A stretch of 64,000 bases of DNA from Macrostomum lignano (GCA_002269645.1 NIVC01000236.1:62001-126000), one strand, 5' to 3'. Positions 16,780-29,000 are shown, counted from the first letter of the stretch. The notes: a model not told the origin generated them from the letters alone. A program made the numbers and translations.

Positions 16780-17390
16780 CGCGCCATTCTACTCCATTTC
16801 ATGCCATTCTACTCCAATCTCATACCATTCTACTCCAGTCTCATGCCATTCTACTCCAATCTCATACCATTCTACTCCAATCTCATGCCATTCTGCTCAA
16901 ATCTCATACCATTCTACTCCAATCTCATGCCATTCTGCTCCAATCTCATAGCATTCTACTCCAATCTCATGCTATTCTGCTCCAATCTCATAGCATTCTA
17001 CTTCAATCTAATGCCATTCTACACCGATCTCATGCCATTCTACTCAATCTCATGCCATTCTACTCCAATCTCATACCATTCTACTCCAATCTCATACCAT
17101 TTTACTCCAATCTCATGCTATTTTTCTCTAATCTCATGCCATTATACTCCAATCTCATGCCATTCTACTCCAATCTCATACCATTCTACTCCAGTCTCAT
17201 GCCATTCTACTCCAGTCTCATACCATTCTACTCAATCTCATGCCATTCTACTCCAATCTCATACCATTCTACTCCAATCTCATACCATTCTACTCCAATC
17301 TCATGCTATTTTTCTCTAATCTCATGCCATTCTACTCAATCTCATACCATTCTATTCCAATCTCATGCCATTCTACTCCAATCTCATCCT
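16780..17390. repeat. 21-bp minisatellite (ccattctactccaatctcatg)
   Basis: Tandem copies visible. Confidence 0.93.
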
Positions 17391-18269
17391 CCAATCCAAC
17401 AGTGGCAACAGTTAGCGCGGCAAGCCATAACCAAAGCACGTAGCAATGTGCCAAGGTGCCAAGAATGCGAGCTCGGCAAGCGCTTCCCTCCCCCCTGTGA
17501 GTGTCCAATTTGTGGTGGCATCGCTTTCCCACCGGCTGGCCTGGGCTGGCTAAATGGAACAGCGAATGCCAAATGCATGCGAAATCAGACACTGCTGGTG
17601 CCTGCTGGGGCGCGAATTATTGTTAATGTTAGCGAAAGTGGGTCGGAGCAGAGCGGGCCGGTTAACAGATATTTGGGGCGGCTGGGGCGGCTGCCGAACA
17701 AAGAACTTCACGAAAAACTCGCGTGCCGCCCCTGCTGCACCGTGCGGAGCCGCCGTGGGAACGGAGCGGCTCTCCCTACTGCCGTCGCTGGCTTGTGAAC
17801 CTGCCCTGGGCCCCGTTCCCTGCCTCCGCTGCAGCTCAATTTCATAACACTAATTTTGATGCGTTCGCAGCCACAACCAGCCGGCTGCACAGCCGAGAGA
17901 AACTTGTTCACAAACAAATGAGGCCCACCCAGAGTGGCTCTTGGATGCGAATACGAGCGTAACTCTCCTCTCTCTCTTGACTTTGTTTATCATGCATGCA
18001 GGCTTTGGGGTGGATGTGCTGGCCAGTTTTTCGAAGTTCTTTATAGTTGCAATGACAGGAAAATGCCAAATTTAACCAAGGGGGAAATGAGGACAAAAGC
18101 AGCAGAATTTCACGCCAGCTTGCGTGAAATCCCTTAGAGTAGAAGAAGACCTCACGAATCTAAGGCAGTGGCCGGCAAACTCCGGCCCGCCAAGCCTCTC
18201 TGTCCGCCTTTTTGAAAATTCACTGTAGCAATCCGGCCCGATCAAGGTTTCTCCCCTTGTACTCTCGTC

Positions 18270-19200
18270 TCTCCCCTTCTTCTCCTCTCTCCCCCCTACT
18301 CTCCCCTATCCCCTTCTCTCCTCTCCCCTTCTCTCCTCTCCCATTCTCTCCTCTCCCCTTCTCTCCTCTCCCCTTCTCTCCCCTATCCCCTTCTTCTCTC
18401 CTCTCCCCTTCTCTCCTCTCCCATTCTCTCCTCTCCCATTCTCTCCTCTCCCCTTCCCTCCCCTATCCCCTTCTCTCCCCTATCCCCTTCTTCTCTCCTC
18501 TCCCCTTCTCTCCTCTCCCATTCTCTCCTCTCCCCTTCTCTCCTCTCCCCTTATTCTCTCCTCTCCCATTCTCTCCTCTCCCCTTCTCTCCTCTCCCCTT
18601 CTCTCCTCTCCCCTTCTCTCCTCTCCCCTTCTCTCCTCTCCCCTTCTCTCCTCTCCCCTCCTTCTCTCCTCTCCCCTTCTCTCCTCTCCCCTTCTCTCCT
18701 CTCCCCTTCTCTCCTCTCCCCTTCTCTCCTCTCCCCTTCTCTCCTCTCCCTTCTCTCCTCTCCCCTTCTCTCATCTCCCATTCTCTCCTCTCCCCTTCTC
18801 TCCTCTCCCCTTCTCTCCTCTCCCCTTCTCTCCTCTCCCCTTATTCTCTCCTCTCCCTTTCTCTCCTCTCCCCTCCTTCTCTCCTCTCTCCTTCTCTCCT
18901 CTCCCCTTCTCTCCTCTCCCCTTCTCTCCTCTCCCCTTCTCTCCTCTCCCCTTCTCTCCTCTCCCCTTCTCTCCTCTCCCCTTCTTCTCTCCTCTCCCCT
19001 TCTCTCCTCTCCCCTTCTCTCCTCTCCCCTTCTCTCCTCTCCCCTTCTCTCCTCTCCCCTTCTCTCCTAGCTCCCCGTCCCCTTATTCTCTCTTCTCTCC
19101 TCTCTCCTACTATCTGCTCTCATCTCTTCTCACTTCCCATATATCTTCTCTCATCTCTTATCTCCTTATTTCCTCTTCTCTCTCCTTTCCTCTCACATCT
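18270..19200. repeat. CT-rich ~15-bp repeat (ttctctcctctcccc)
   Basis: Polypyrimidine tandem array. Confidence 0.95.
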
Positions 19201-20019
19201 GAGCCTTAAGGCAGAAAATTTTCCCTATCCTCGTTATAAAGCATTCATTCCTGTGTTAACCTGTGTGACCCTGACTAGCCGCAATTTTTTTAGAATCGAA
19301 AAATCTTTATCTCAGACATTTTTAAGTCTTTGTTCACTCTTTGTCCGATAGTTGAAAAAAAATAATAAAGACCCTGTATAGAGTCTGCCCGCCCGCCTGC
19401 CCTCCAGCTTCCCTGATTTGCAGGAACAGCTGCACCTGCGGAGAGACCTGGCTTGGCACTCTTGTATAAACTGCTTATAAACCAGGAGATAACTTAGATA
19501 ATACCTTCCAACACAGGGGACCCGAATCCAGGCCCCAACCAACTCGCTGACTCACCCAGAAGAATTCGCTCTGCCTGCTGTGGTCAAAGCGAACCCTCTG
19601 CCCGAGAAGCAATTATCATATTCACTTTACTACCTAGCCGGGTCTGGAGCAGTCGGGAAGCTCCGCTTTGGGTATCATTCATTTTGGCCTCCAGTGCGCT
19701 CATTCAAGCATGTAAACATTAGTTTTGGATGCACCTTTATTTCTGTGCTACTCGTAGTTAAAATTCGGTTAAGAAATAGTGCAGGTGCAATCTTTAAAAG
19801 GTAAATTAAGGACAAGCATACAAACCTTAGAGATTTAGTATATTTAGAAATTAGAAAATTAGGAACAACGTGACTTGCACAATTTTGATTAATTTTCGTT
19901 TCGATGGAAACTGCTTTTTACATCTCTGCAGGAACTGCCAGAAAAATGGCCGACTAATCTTATTTTTTTCCTTATCGGCTCTACCTACTCTCTCCTGATG
20001 CCTTCTGGGTTCCAACACC

Positions 20020-20340
20020 CCCTGTTCGCTTCCAGCACCCCCTGTTCCCTTCTAGCACCCCCTGTTCCCCTTTCAGCACCCCCTGTTCCCCTTTCAGCAC
20101 CCCCTGTTCGCTTCCAGCACCCCCTGTTCCCTTCCAGCACCCCCTGTTCCCTTTCAGCACCCCCTGTTCCCTTCCAGCACCCCCTGTTCCCCTTTCAGCA
20201 CCCCCTGTTCGCTTCCAGCACCTCCTGTTCCCCTTTCAGCACCCCCTGTTCCCCTTTCAGCACCCCTGTTCGCTTCCAGCACCCCCTGTTCCCTTCCAGC
20301 ACCCCCTGTTCGCTTCCAGCACCCCTGTGTCCTTCCAGCA
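20020..20340. repeat. 20-21-bp minisatellite (cagcaccccctgttcccttt)
   Basis: Tandem copies visible. Confidence 0.9.
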
Positions 20341-21549
20341 ACTTCCACCAGGATTAGATCATTAAAGATAGAGTTGAGACTTAAACTTGATTAATTAGTT
20401 AGACTTGTGTCTGGTGAATTTCGTGAGCTGGGCACACAATGAATGATAAAGCTACACTAAGCTTGTTGCTACTCTTAGAGTTCGTGAGAAAGTCTCACGA
20501 AGTAAGCAAATTCTCACGCTGGTGTCTCCCCCATACCCGGCAGAGGTGATCTAGCACAGTGCAGGATGCCCGCCTCAGCTGAGCTGAGTAAAATAGCCCG
20601 TACTCCTGCCGTGGGAAAATTTGTCCATGTATGGCCACTTGACGCCGAGTTGGGGGCCAGTTTTATGCATTTTTTCCAGTCAGATGTCTTGGTTTATTTC
20701 CTCCTTGGCCAGCTTAAAATACAAAATGGTGTTGATATCTTATTTTTGATAAGAGGTGACCCCCTGGGTGCAAGCCTGAAAATTATAATTTTTCGGTCTT
20801 TAATTCATTTGTTATTCTATGTAACATACGCTCGTATTTCGTGAAAATTAGTTATTTCGTTAAAGTGGGTTTCCATTCTAGACACCCTGAGGTCCCGGGC
20901 GTGGCGCTCTGAAAGGACCCATTTGTGAGTAGAAGTCTCTCCCCCTCTATCCTCTCCTCTCCCCTCTACCCTTTCCTCTCCCCTTCTCTCCCATCTCTTC
21001 TCTCCTCTCTTCTTCTTTTCTCTCATCTAGACCCCAGCCTTGAGCTAGATCCTTTATCTGGCTCCTGATGTGAAAGTTTGCCACCCCTGCTTTAGTCAAA
21101 GATCGCGCCGTCCACAGGGGTAGCTTAACTGCATTCGCGTGTTACAATTTTTTTTACAATGTTATTTTTTATTTATTTACAAAAGCTGGGTTGACCGATT
21201 AAAATCAAACAGACTTGAGAAGTTTTTTTCGATTAATTTGAACGCATTAGGATTAATGTGCTGCAATTGCCATGAAGAGCATAAACAGTTATAGAAATCA
21301 GGCCAAGAAGCATGCAGATCAACAATCAACATTTTGAAGAAATTGTCCATTTTTACATCTTTAGCATCTTCAGCATTCAAGCAGAAAGCAGATAAACATG
21401 GTGTGTGCATTGCTGATTGAATAAATGGTTGGCAATGGCAGATTGACAGGTAAATAATAGTACATACAGGTATGAATCCAAGCCAATCTAATTGGTACAG
21501 TTGGAAACACTTAGTCTGGGTTCAAAATTGGAGGATTGCAGTTGTTCGT

Positions 21550-21870
21550 CCGGAGATAAGGGTTGCCCGTCCGGACCTGAGGGTTGCCTGTCCGGATCTG
21601 AGGGTTGCCTGTCCGGATCTGAGGGTTGCCCGTCCGGACCTGAGGGTTGCCTGTCCGGATCTGAGGGTTGCCTGTCCGGATCTGAGGGTTGCCCGTCCGG
21701 ACCTGAGGGTTGCCTGTCCGGATCTGAGGGTTGCCCGTCTGGATCTGAGGGTTGCCCGTCCGGATCTGAGGGTTGCCTGTCCGGATCTGAGGGTTGCCCG
21801 TCTGGATCTGAGGGTTGCCCGTCCGGATCTGAGGGTTGCCTGTCCGGATCTGAGGGTTGCCTGTCCGGAT
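21550..21870. repeat. 21-bp minisatellite (ccggatctgagggttgcctgt)
   Basis: About 15 copies, downstream of the ankyrin ORF. Confidence 0.93.
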
Positions 21871-21959
21871 CTGTCTATCTATTACTAATAAATTCTTGAA
21901 AGATGCATCAGCTCCCCAGTAACAATATTCAGCAGAGCCCGCACAAAAAAGTCTTTTGC

Positions 21960-22373
21960 TCAGCCGCATCGCCTCTCCAGCTTCCTACCCATTTCATCGC
22001 CGGCGCCTTCGCTACTCAGCCTGGCGAGCAGCGGCGGCAGCAGGTGCGACTGCTGGTACCAGCAGGCGATGTTCAGCGCGTCCCAGCCGAATCTGTCGCA
22101 GGCGCGCACGCTGGCGCCGTGCCGCAGCAGCAGCAGGAGAAGGTCCAGCCGGCCCGCCTGGCAGGCCAGCAGCAGCGCGGTTGCGCCGCTGTCCGCCTCA
22201 GCCTCGGTGTCCAGCAGCTGCCTGGGGAAATCCCGTCGGCGAAGCAGCCGACGAGCCGCCGACGCGTCGCCGCAACGGACGGCCTTCAGCAGCTGCTGAG
22301 CTGGCCACCTTGAGGAGGATGAGGATTCATCTGTCTCCATCGACTCTGCTGCAGAATCCGGCGAAGAAGTCAT
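21960..22373 (-). CDS. Small ankyrin-repeat protein (137 aa as a single exon; further exons not excluded)
   Basis: Ankyrin consensus: LLKAVRCGDASAARRLL, SGATALLLACQAGRLDLLLLLLRHGASVRACDRFGWDALNIAC. In-frame stop upstream of the ATG; AATAAA on the - strand near 21170. Confidence 0.7.
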   Translation of the reverse strand: MTSSPDSAAESMETDESSSSSRWPAQQLLKAVRCGDASAARRLLRRRDFPRQLLDTEAEADSGATALLLACQAGRLDLLLLLLRHGASVRACDRFGWDALNIACWYQQSHLLPPLLARLSSEGAGDEMGRKLERRCG

Positions 22374-23629
22374 CGGCTCGCCTGGTCTGGCCTCTCTAAT
22401 CTTGGCTCGGCTTCACAATAAAATTGTTAGCTTTGGCTCTTTGGGCAGCAGTTTTATGAGGCAGCAGCTATCCGGGGGAGGGGGGGGAGCAGATAAAGGT
22501 TCCGTCACTGGCTTCAATTTCTGTCCCCCGAGGGCTTACTCCACCTAGGCTCAGATAGCTAGCTAGCTTGGAGCACGCTCTAACTTGGGTAGTCCGCTAG
22601 GGGTTGGAGCATGCTCCCGTGCTCCCAGCAAAGTGTAGCTAGTTAATCGTGGAGCATGCTCCCTGCTGACAGCCAATGGAGTAACTGCGTTTTTCAGCTA
22701 TTTAACTCTCGTTGCATGCAGTAAGCAGCATTCGACAAATAGCACCCGACGACAACCGGCTAGTCGGGCCAAAAGCTTACAAAATCATCGGGCTAACCGG
22801 CAGGAAAGCGCGCTCTCGAGCTCTCGCTTCTCCCGGCTAGACGGGCCCAAAGCGCGCTCCCATACAATCAAATGGGAGTGTATCAATTGAAAGCTTTCAC
22901 GGGTGTTTAATAACAATTTGCAGTAGAAAAATCGACGTTTGTTAATATTAATTCGCTTGCATGTGTAATTTAAAAACAAAATTTACAGGAATGAGGGTTC
23001 CTGTGTTCAACGTTCAACAAAAGCTTCTAAGGCATATTTGTTGTGCTAGGCTACTGTGCATTGCTGTGCTGGCCTATGCACTAGGCCTAGACTAAATAAG
23101 TGAAGGCTCCGTGTACAAGATAAATGAAAGGAGCTTTTCTTAAATTCCTTGTGCATTATTATGTGATTGCTTAAGTAATTTTGTTCTATAGTTTAAAGCC
23201 TGTCACTTGACTTGTCGTTGTCAGTTAATTAATAATACAGGCATTTGAAATGTAAATGTAGGTCTAATATTATGAGAAGTAACTTATAAGCTGCTTTTAT
23301 TCAATTATAAAAAGGCTTCAATTCAATGAAATTCTATTATTTAGCTACAGCCATATGTATGTAGGAAAGCCTTATTGAGCACTAAGCCTAGCTTATTGAC
23401 TTAATGAATAGATTTAGCTAACTTACTAGATACGAGCCTTAAAATTTTAGTTTTATCTATGTATATACTTTATGTATACCATGGGCATTAGGCCTAGAGT
23501 AAATAACAAACTATAAAACTAAGCCTACAATATATTTTATATAAAATACCTGATCCTTGACTTATTTTCCTTTCTTTAGTTTCTCTCTCCCCTAACCTTG
23601 GATTTCCTCCCTCTACCCTAGCTTCTCTC

Positions 23630-24720
23630 CCCCCGGACCCTGGCTTCCCTCCCTCCTAACCCCTGGCTTCAATCCTAACCCCTAGCTTCCCTTCTTTGAC
23701 CCCTGACTTCCTTCCCCTAATCTTGGGTTCTCCCCCTGACCCCTGGCTTCCCTTCTTTCTAACCCCTGGCTGCACGCTTAACCCCTGGCTTCCCTCCTCT
23801 GACCCTGGCTTCTCTCCCCTTGACCCCTGGCTTCCCTCCCTTGACTCTGGCTTCCCTCCCCTGACTCTGGCTTCCCTCCCCTGACCTTGGCTTCTCCTTC
23901 CTGGCCCCTGGCTTCCCTCTCCCGTGACCCCTGGCTTCCCTCCTTCCTAACCCCTGGCTTTACTCCTAACCCCTGGCTTCCCTCCTCTGACCCTGGCTTC
24001 TCTCCCGACCCCTGGCTTCCCTCCCCTGACCCTGGCTTCCCTCCCCTGACCCTGGCTTCTCTCCCCTGACCCTGGCTTCCCTCCCGACCCCTGGCTTCCC
24101 TCCCCTGACCCTGGCTTCCCTCCCCTGACCCTGGCTTTTCCCTCCTGACCCCTGGCTTCCCTCCCCTGACCCTGGCTTCTCTCCCGACCCCTGGCTTCCC
24201 TCCCCTGACCCTGGCTTCCCTCCTTCCTAACCCCTGGCTTTACTCCTAACCGCTGGCTTCCCTCCCCTGACCCTGGCTTCCCTCCCCTGACCCTGGCTTC
24301 CCTCCCCTGACCCTGGCTTCCCTCCCCTGACCCTGGCTTCCCTCCCCTGACCCTGGCTTCCCTCCCCTGACCCTGGCTTCCCTCCCCTGACCCTGGCTTC
24401 CCTCCCCTGACCCTGGCTTCCCTCCCCTGACCCTGGCTTCCCTCCCCCGACCCCTGGCTTCCCTCCTTCCTAACCCCTGGCTTTACTCCTAACCGCTGGC
24501 TTCTCCCCCGACTTCTGGCTTCCCTCCCCTGACCCTGGCGTGGCTTCTCCCTCTTGACCACTGGCTTCCCTCCCCTGACCCTGGCTTCCCTCCCCTGACC
24601 CTGGCTTCCCTCCCCCGACCCCTGGCTTCCCTCCCCGACCCCTGGCTTCCCTCCCCTGACCCTGACTTCTCTCCCCCTGGCCCTGGCCTTTCTCCTTACT
24701 AACCCCTGGCTTCCCTCCTT
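23630..24720. repeat. 20-21-bp minisatellite (ccctggcttccctcccctga), left arm
   Basis: Tandem copies; inverted counterpart at 34690-35880. Confidence 0.93.
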
Positions 24721-25240
24721 CCTAACCCCTCCCAGGCTAACCCTCCTACTCTACCCCTCCCAGCTACGCTCTCTAGGCTACCCCTCCCAGGCTACCCCTG
24801 CCATTGTACCCCTCCTAGGCATCCCTCCCAGACAGCCCCTCAGGCTCCCCTCCTACTTTACCCCTCAGGCTCCCCTCTTACTTTACCCCTCCCAGGCAGC
24901 CCTTCCAGGCTACTCCTCCCAGGCTACCCCTTCCATGGCAACCACTTCCAGGCTATCTCCCACTGTACCCCTGTGTACTGTCTCTATTTATGTTCGAAAC
25001 TGAGAAGATTGTTTCGTTTCGGTATTATTTAAAAAGATAATGCATCATTTTTTACTTCAGACGCTTCACTCTCATCATTTCAGGTGCGTACATGCGAGTC
25101 AGCTAACGCTGACGCCGCACTTTGTATTCGGCTTTCCAACGGGGAACTGTGCGTTTATGAAAGCCATTTGGGATTTGGGATGCCAGAAAAGATATTCTAT
25201 TTTGCAAGGATCCGATAAAAGCTGCCGCTTCGGCTGCACT

Positions 25241-25438
25241 GCAGTGACCGCCGGCTCAAGCGGAGACGATCGCAGGACTGTTTGCTGCCTGCCGCTTGCT
25301 GCAGTGACCGCCGGCTCAAGCGGAGACGATCGCAGGACTGTTTGCTGCCTGCCGCTTGCTGCAGTGACCACCGGCTCAAGCGGAGACGATCGCAGGACTG
25401 TTTGCTGCCTGCCGCTTGCTGCAGTGACCGCCGGCTCG
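25241..25438. repeat. 60-bp tandem repeat, about 3.3 copies, left arm
   Basis: Unit gcagtgaccgccggctcaagcggagacgatcgcaggactgtttgctgcctgccgcttgct starts at 25241, 25301, 25361 and 25421 (partial). Confidence 0.95.
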
Positions 25439-25995
25439 CTGCTTCGCGTGCTGTCATCTACGAGTGTTGCGAGTGCTAAGGGCGAACGAAGGACTAATTA
25501 AGGAGCATATTATCCGATTTCCTTCAGAGGAGATCTTTGGCATTTATTTATCTTCGCGTGGAATTAGCAGTGAGTAAAAAAATATGTGTATTTTATGCTG
25601 CCGCTTATACACTCTACAATATCATCAGCAGAATACGAAAAATGAGGTCGTTTAAAACAAAATAGTACGTAGATTTTCTGCACGTTACGCGTATTTAGCT
25701 TCTTCCTAGTGAAATCAGTGAATTGTTTTGGTCGCGTACATAACCTATTCAGCTTCTCCGCTCATAGTCACTCCAGCATCAAGTGCTAACAATGCAAATT
25801 AGCTATGAACTGTATTGGAATACTTTGCATCATGCATTTGCATTTTAAATAAAAGGACTTTTTCTCTCGTTCATTGGCAGGTGTCGAGATGAGACTAAGC
25901 AATGTGCATTATGCTGCTGCCGATGCACAGGACGCAGAGTGCAATCAGGATCCTCGTGAGGTGAAAGAAGACGACAGTGACGACTACGGCATGTA

Positions 25996-26095
25996 GGTCG
26001 GGAGGTTCCGCCTCCCGGAGCGCGCTCGCGCGCTTCCCATGGCTGCCGCCTTCACGCGGCGGGACCGTCCGGGTTCGCCCGGCCAAGTGCAGCCA
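25996..26095 (+). ncRNA. Candidate HDV-like (CPEB3-type) self-cleaving ribozyme at the LINE 5' end
   Basis: P2 TGGCTGC (26040-46) / GCAGCCA (26089-95); P3 GCC/GGC around L3 TTCACGC; P1 3' strand GGGACC then GT; P4 CCGGG-TTCG-CCCGG; J4/2 CCAA. P1 5' GGTC starts at the first base after the TSD. Confidence 0.7.
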
Positions 26096-29000
26096 CCACC
26101 CCGGACCCGTGCGAGGGTCTTCGAGCGCCCCGGGTTTTTCCACGCTGAGCCAGGCCTCCCAGCTCACCTGGCTCAGCTGCTTCTCAGAGCTGGAGACGTC
26201 GAGTCCAACCCTGGGCCGGCCTTCCCGTGCGGAGGCTGTGCCGAGGAGGTAGCCAGGGGCTACTCCACCTGCTGCTCCGACTGCGGCCTGTGGTGGCACC
26301 GCCGTTGTTCCCGCCTCACTATTGCGGCTATCAACCGGCTCCACCGGGACAAGGCACCGTGGCACTGTCCCACCTGCGCCCACCAGCCTGCCGCTTCAGC
26401 GCCGCAGCCCGCTGCGACTCCGGCCCCTCCGCGGCTGCAGGCCCCACTGGCACCCACCAGACGCCAACGGCTACGACTCCACCTCCCCCGAACCCCGCAC
26501 CGGCACCCCCGCCCTCCCTGATGGCGCAACCAGCGCGGGCGGGGGCGCCGAACAACAGCGGGGCGGCTTTCCGCATCGTCCAGCTCAACGCGGCAGGGCT
26601 CCGCTCCCGCAAGCTGGAACTGCTCCACTTCCTGGAGAAGCAGGGCGCCGACGTCGCCTGCATCCAGGAGACGAACCTGTCCGGCAACACAGCGGCCCCA
26701 CGCCTCAAAGGGTGGCAGATCGCTGGCCGGAAGGACCGCAACATCGGCCGCGACGGGGAGGCAGCCAGAACCCACCACGGGGGCGTCTGCTTCCTTGTCA
26801 AGGAGGGCATTCAATTCGCCGACCTTCCACTAGGCGAGCTCGTCACCCACGCCACGTCCGCCGAAGCCTCGGGCCTCCGTATCCACGACCCCCGGCTACC
26901 ACGTCCCCTGGATGTGATCAACATCTACCTCCCGCCGGTCCGCGCCGCAGACGGCCGCACGGACGCCTTCGAGCCCGACTGGATCCCCGTTTCACGGGAC
27001 TCGTTGGTGCTGGGCGACTTCAACGCCCACCACGGGATGTGGGACGCCTCGGCGGACGACGACGAGCTGGGCAGGGCCCTCGAAGACTGGGCGACGACCT
27101 ACGACCTGGTCGCTCTGAACGACGGCTCCCCAACTAGGATCAGCCCCCGCGGCCTGCCGAGCTCCCCTGACGTCTCCTTCGCCCACGCCTCCTGGCAAGA
27201 CCGGATCGAGTGGCGAACCGGGGAGCACATCGGCTCAGACCACCTGCCGATCATCATCGACATCGCAGCCTCCGGCCCGGCCCGCTCCAGCTCCAAGCGC
27301 CTGACGCGGTACGCCTACCACAAGGCGGACTGGGACCTGTTCCAGCGGACCCTCGACCAGGCCCTGGCCAGCTGGCCGGAGCGCCCCCCACGCACGGTGC
27401 CCGTCGCCGCCAACCGGTTCGCGTCCGCCGTCACCAGCGCCGCCAAGGCGGCCATCCCGAGAGGCTGCCGGCGCGCCCCGATCGCCTGGTGGTGCCCGGA
27501 AGCCGAGGCGGCCTGCACCGCCCGCCGCGCGGCGCTCGAAGCGCTTCGCGCGAGCCCGGACGACCCGGCGCTCTCGGCCGCGTACCAGGCTGCTGCCGCC
27601 GCGGCTGCTCACGCCATCTGCCGCGCCAAGGAGTCGCTGTGGCGTGATTTCATCACTGACCCGGGTCACGACCTGTGTTCCGCCGACCTCTGGCGGATCA
27701 TCCGGGCCCTCGACGGACGGTCCCAGGGCACCCCCTCGTCGGCTGCCATCCAGGGCTCCACGGGGGCACCGGCCGTCTCCGACAAACAGAAGGCCGCGCT
27801 TTTCTGCCGGGAGTACGCCGCCGTCAGCAGGCTCCCCAAGAACAAGGCGGAAGACCGGCCGGTCATCCAAGAAGCCCGTCACACGCTCCGCGCCCCCTGC
27901 AGCTGCCAAGGCCTCCGCAGCGGCCCCTGCTCCGACTTCCAGCCCGACGCCCTCCGCCGCGCCTTGGTGCGCCTGCCGGACCGCTCGGCCCCGGGACCGG
28001 ACGGGGTCGCGAACATCATGCTGAAGCATCTGTCCGACCTGGGGCTCCGCTGCCTCCTGGACCTCCTGAACCTCTCGTGGAGGACGGGGGAGGTGCCCGC
28101 CCCGTGGCGCCTTGCGGAGATCCGCCCGATCCCCAAATCGGACAAGCCAGCCGGCCTGACATCCAGCTTCCGCCCTATCAGCCTCCTCAGCTGCCTGGGC
28201 AAGCTCGCGGAGAAGATGGTGAACGAGCGGCTGTCCTACATCCTCGAGGCAAATGACGCTCTCCACCCGTCGCAAGCCGGTTTCCGTCAGGGCCGCTCCA
28301 CGGAGGAGCACATCGCCGCGGCGGCCCAGTACATTTTCGACGGTTTCCAGGCCAAGAAGCCGGCAGCCCGCACCGCTCTGCTCCTTGCAGACTTCTCCAG
28401 AGCCTACGACCGCGTCTGGAGAGCCGCCCTCATCGTCAAGCTCGGTCGGAAGGGGATCCCCACGTGCCTCATCCGCTGGCTCAAGGGATTTCTCTCCGAC
28501 AGGAGGGCCTTCGTGCGGTGGGTCAGTGCGGCCTGCAAGCCAACCGTGTTCTCCGAGGGGCTGCCGCAGGGGTCGGTCCTCGCCCCGATCCTGTGGGTGA
28601 TCTACATGGACGACCTCCTGGACGGCGCCCCCACGAACTGCCTCACGCTGGCGTACGCCGACGACAGCACCTTCGGCGCGCAAGGGACCACCCCTCGGGA
28701 GTGTGAGCGGGCCCTGCAACCGGCGGCCGACTGGCTCGTGCGCTGGTCCCAAACCTGGAAGGTGGACCTGAGCCGCACCAAGTCGGTCGTCGCTTTCTTC
28801 TCGCTCGACCCCCGGGAGGTCAACGGAAAGGTCCAGCCGCGCATCCTCCTCGGCGACTCGCCAGCTCCGTTCGAGCTGCATCCGAGGCTCCTGGGAGTGC
28901 ACCTCGACTCCCAGCTGACCTTCCGCCACCACGCCGAGCTCCGGCGCCGCGCCCTCCAGCAGCGCACCGGCGTCCTACGCTGCCTCGCGGGCCGCGACTG

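Noticed and set aside
19380-19700. GC-rich patch sharing gctg(g)agggcaggcggg with about 62375-62400
   Set aside because: Match too short to define a repeat family or exon without a search.
23630-24720. CCTAACCC (telomere-like) words within the arm minisatellite
   Set aside because: Isolated single occurrences, never tandem (TTAGGG)n.
25241-25438. 60-bp direct repeats (also the 34-, 41- and 45-bp arrays) as a CRISPR array
   Set aside because: Units are contiguous with no unique spacers, there are no cas genes, and the context is eukaryotic.
27235-28932. 565-aa minus-strand ORF and other long ORFs overlapping the LINE
   Set aside because: Antisense or off-frame shadows of very GC-rich coding sequence; no domain motifs.
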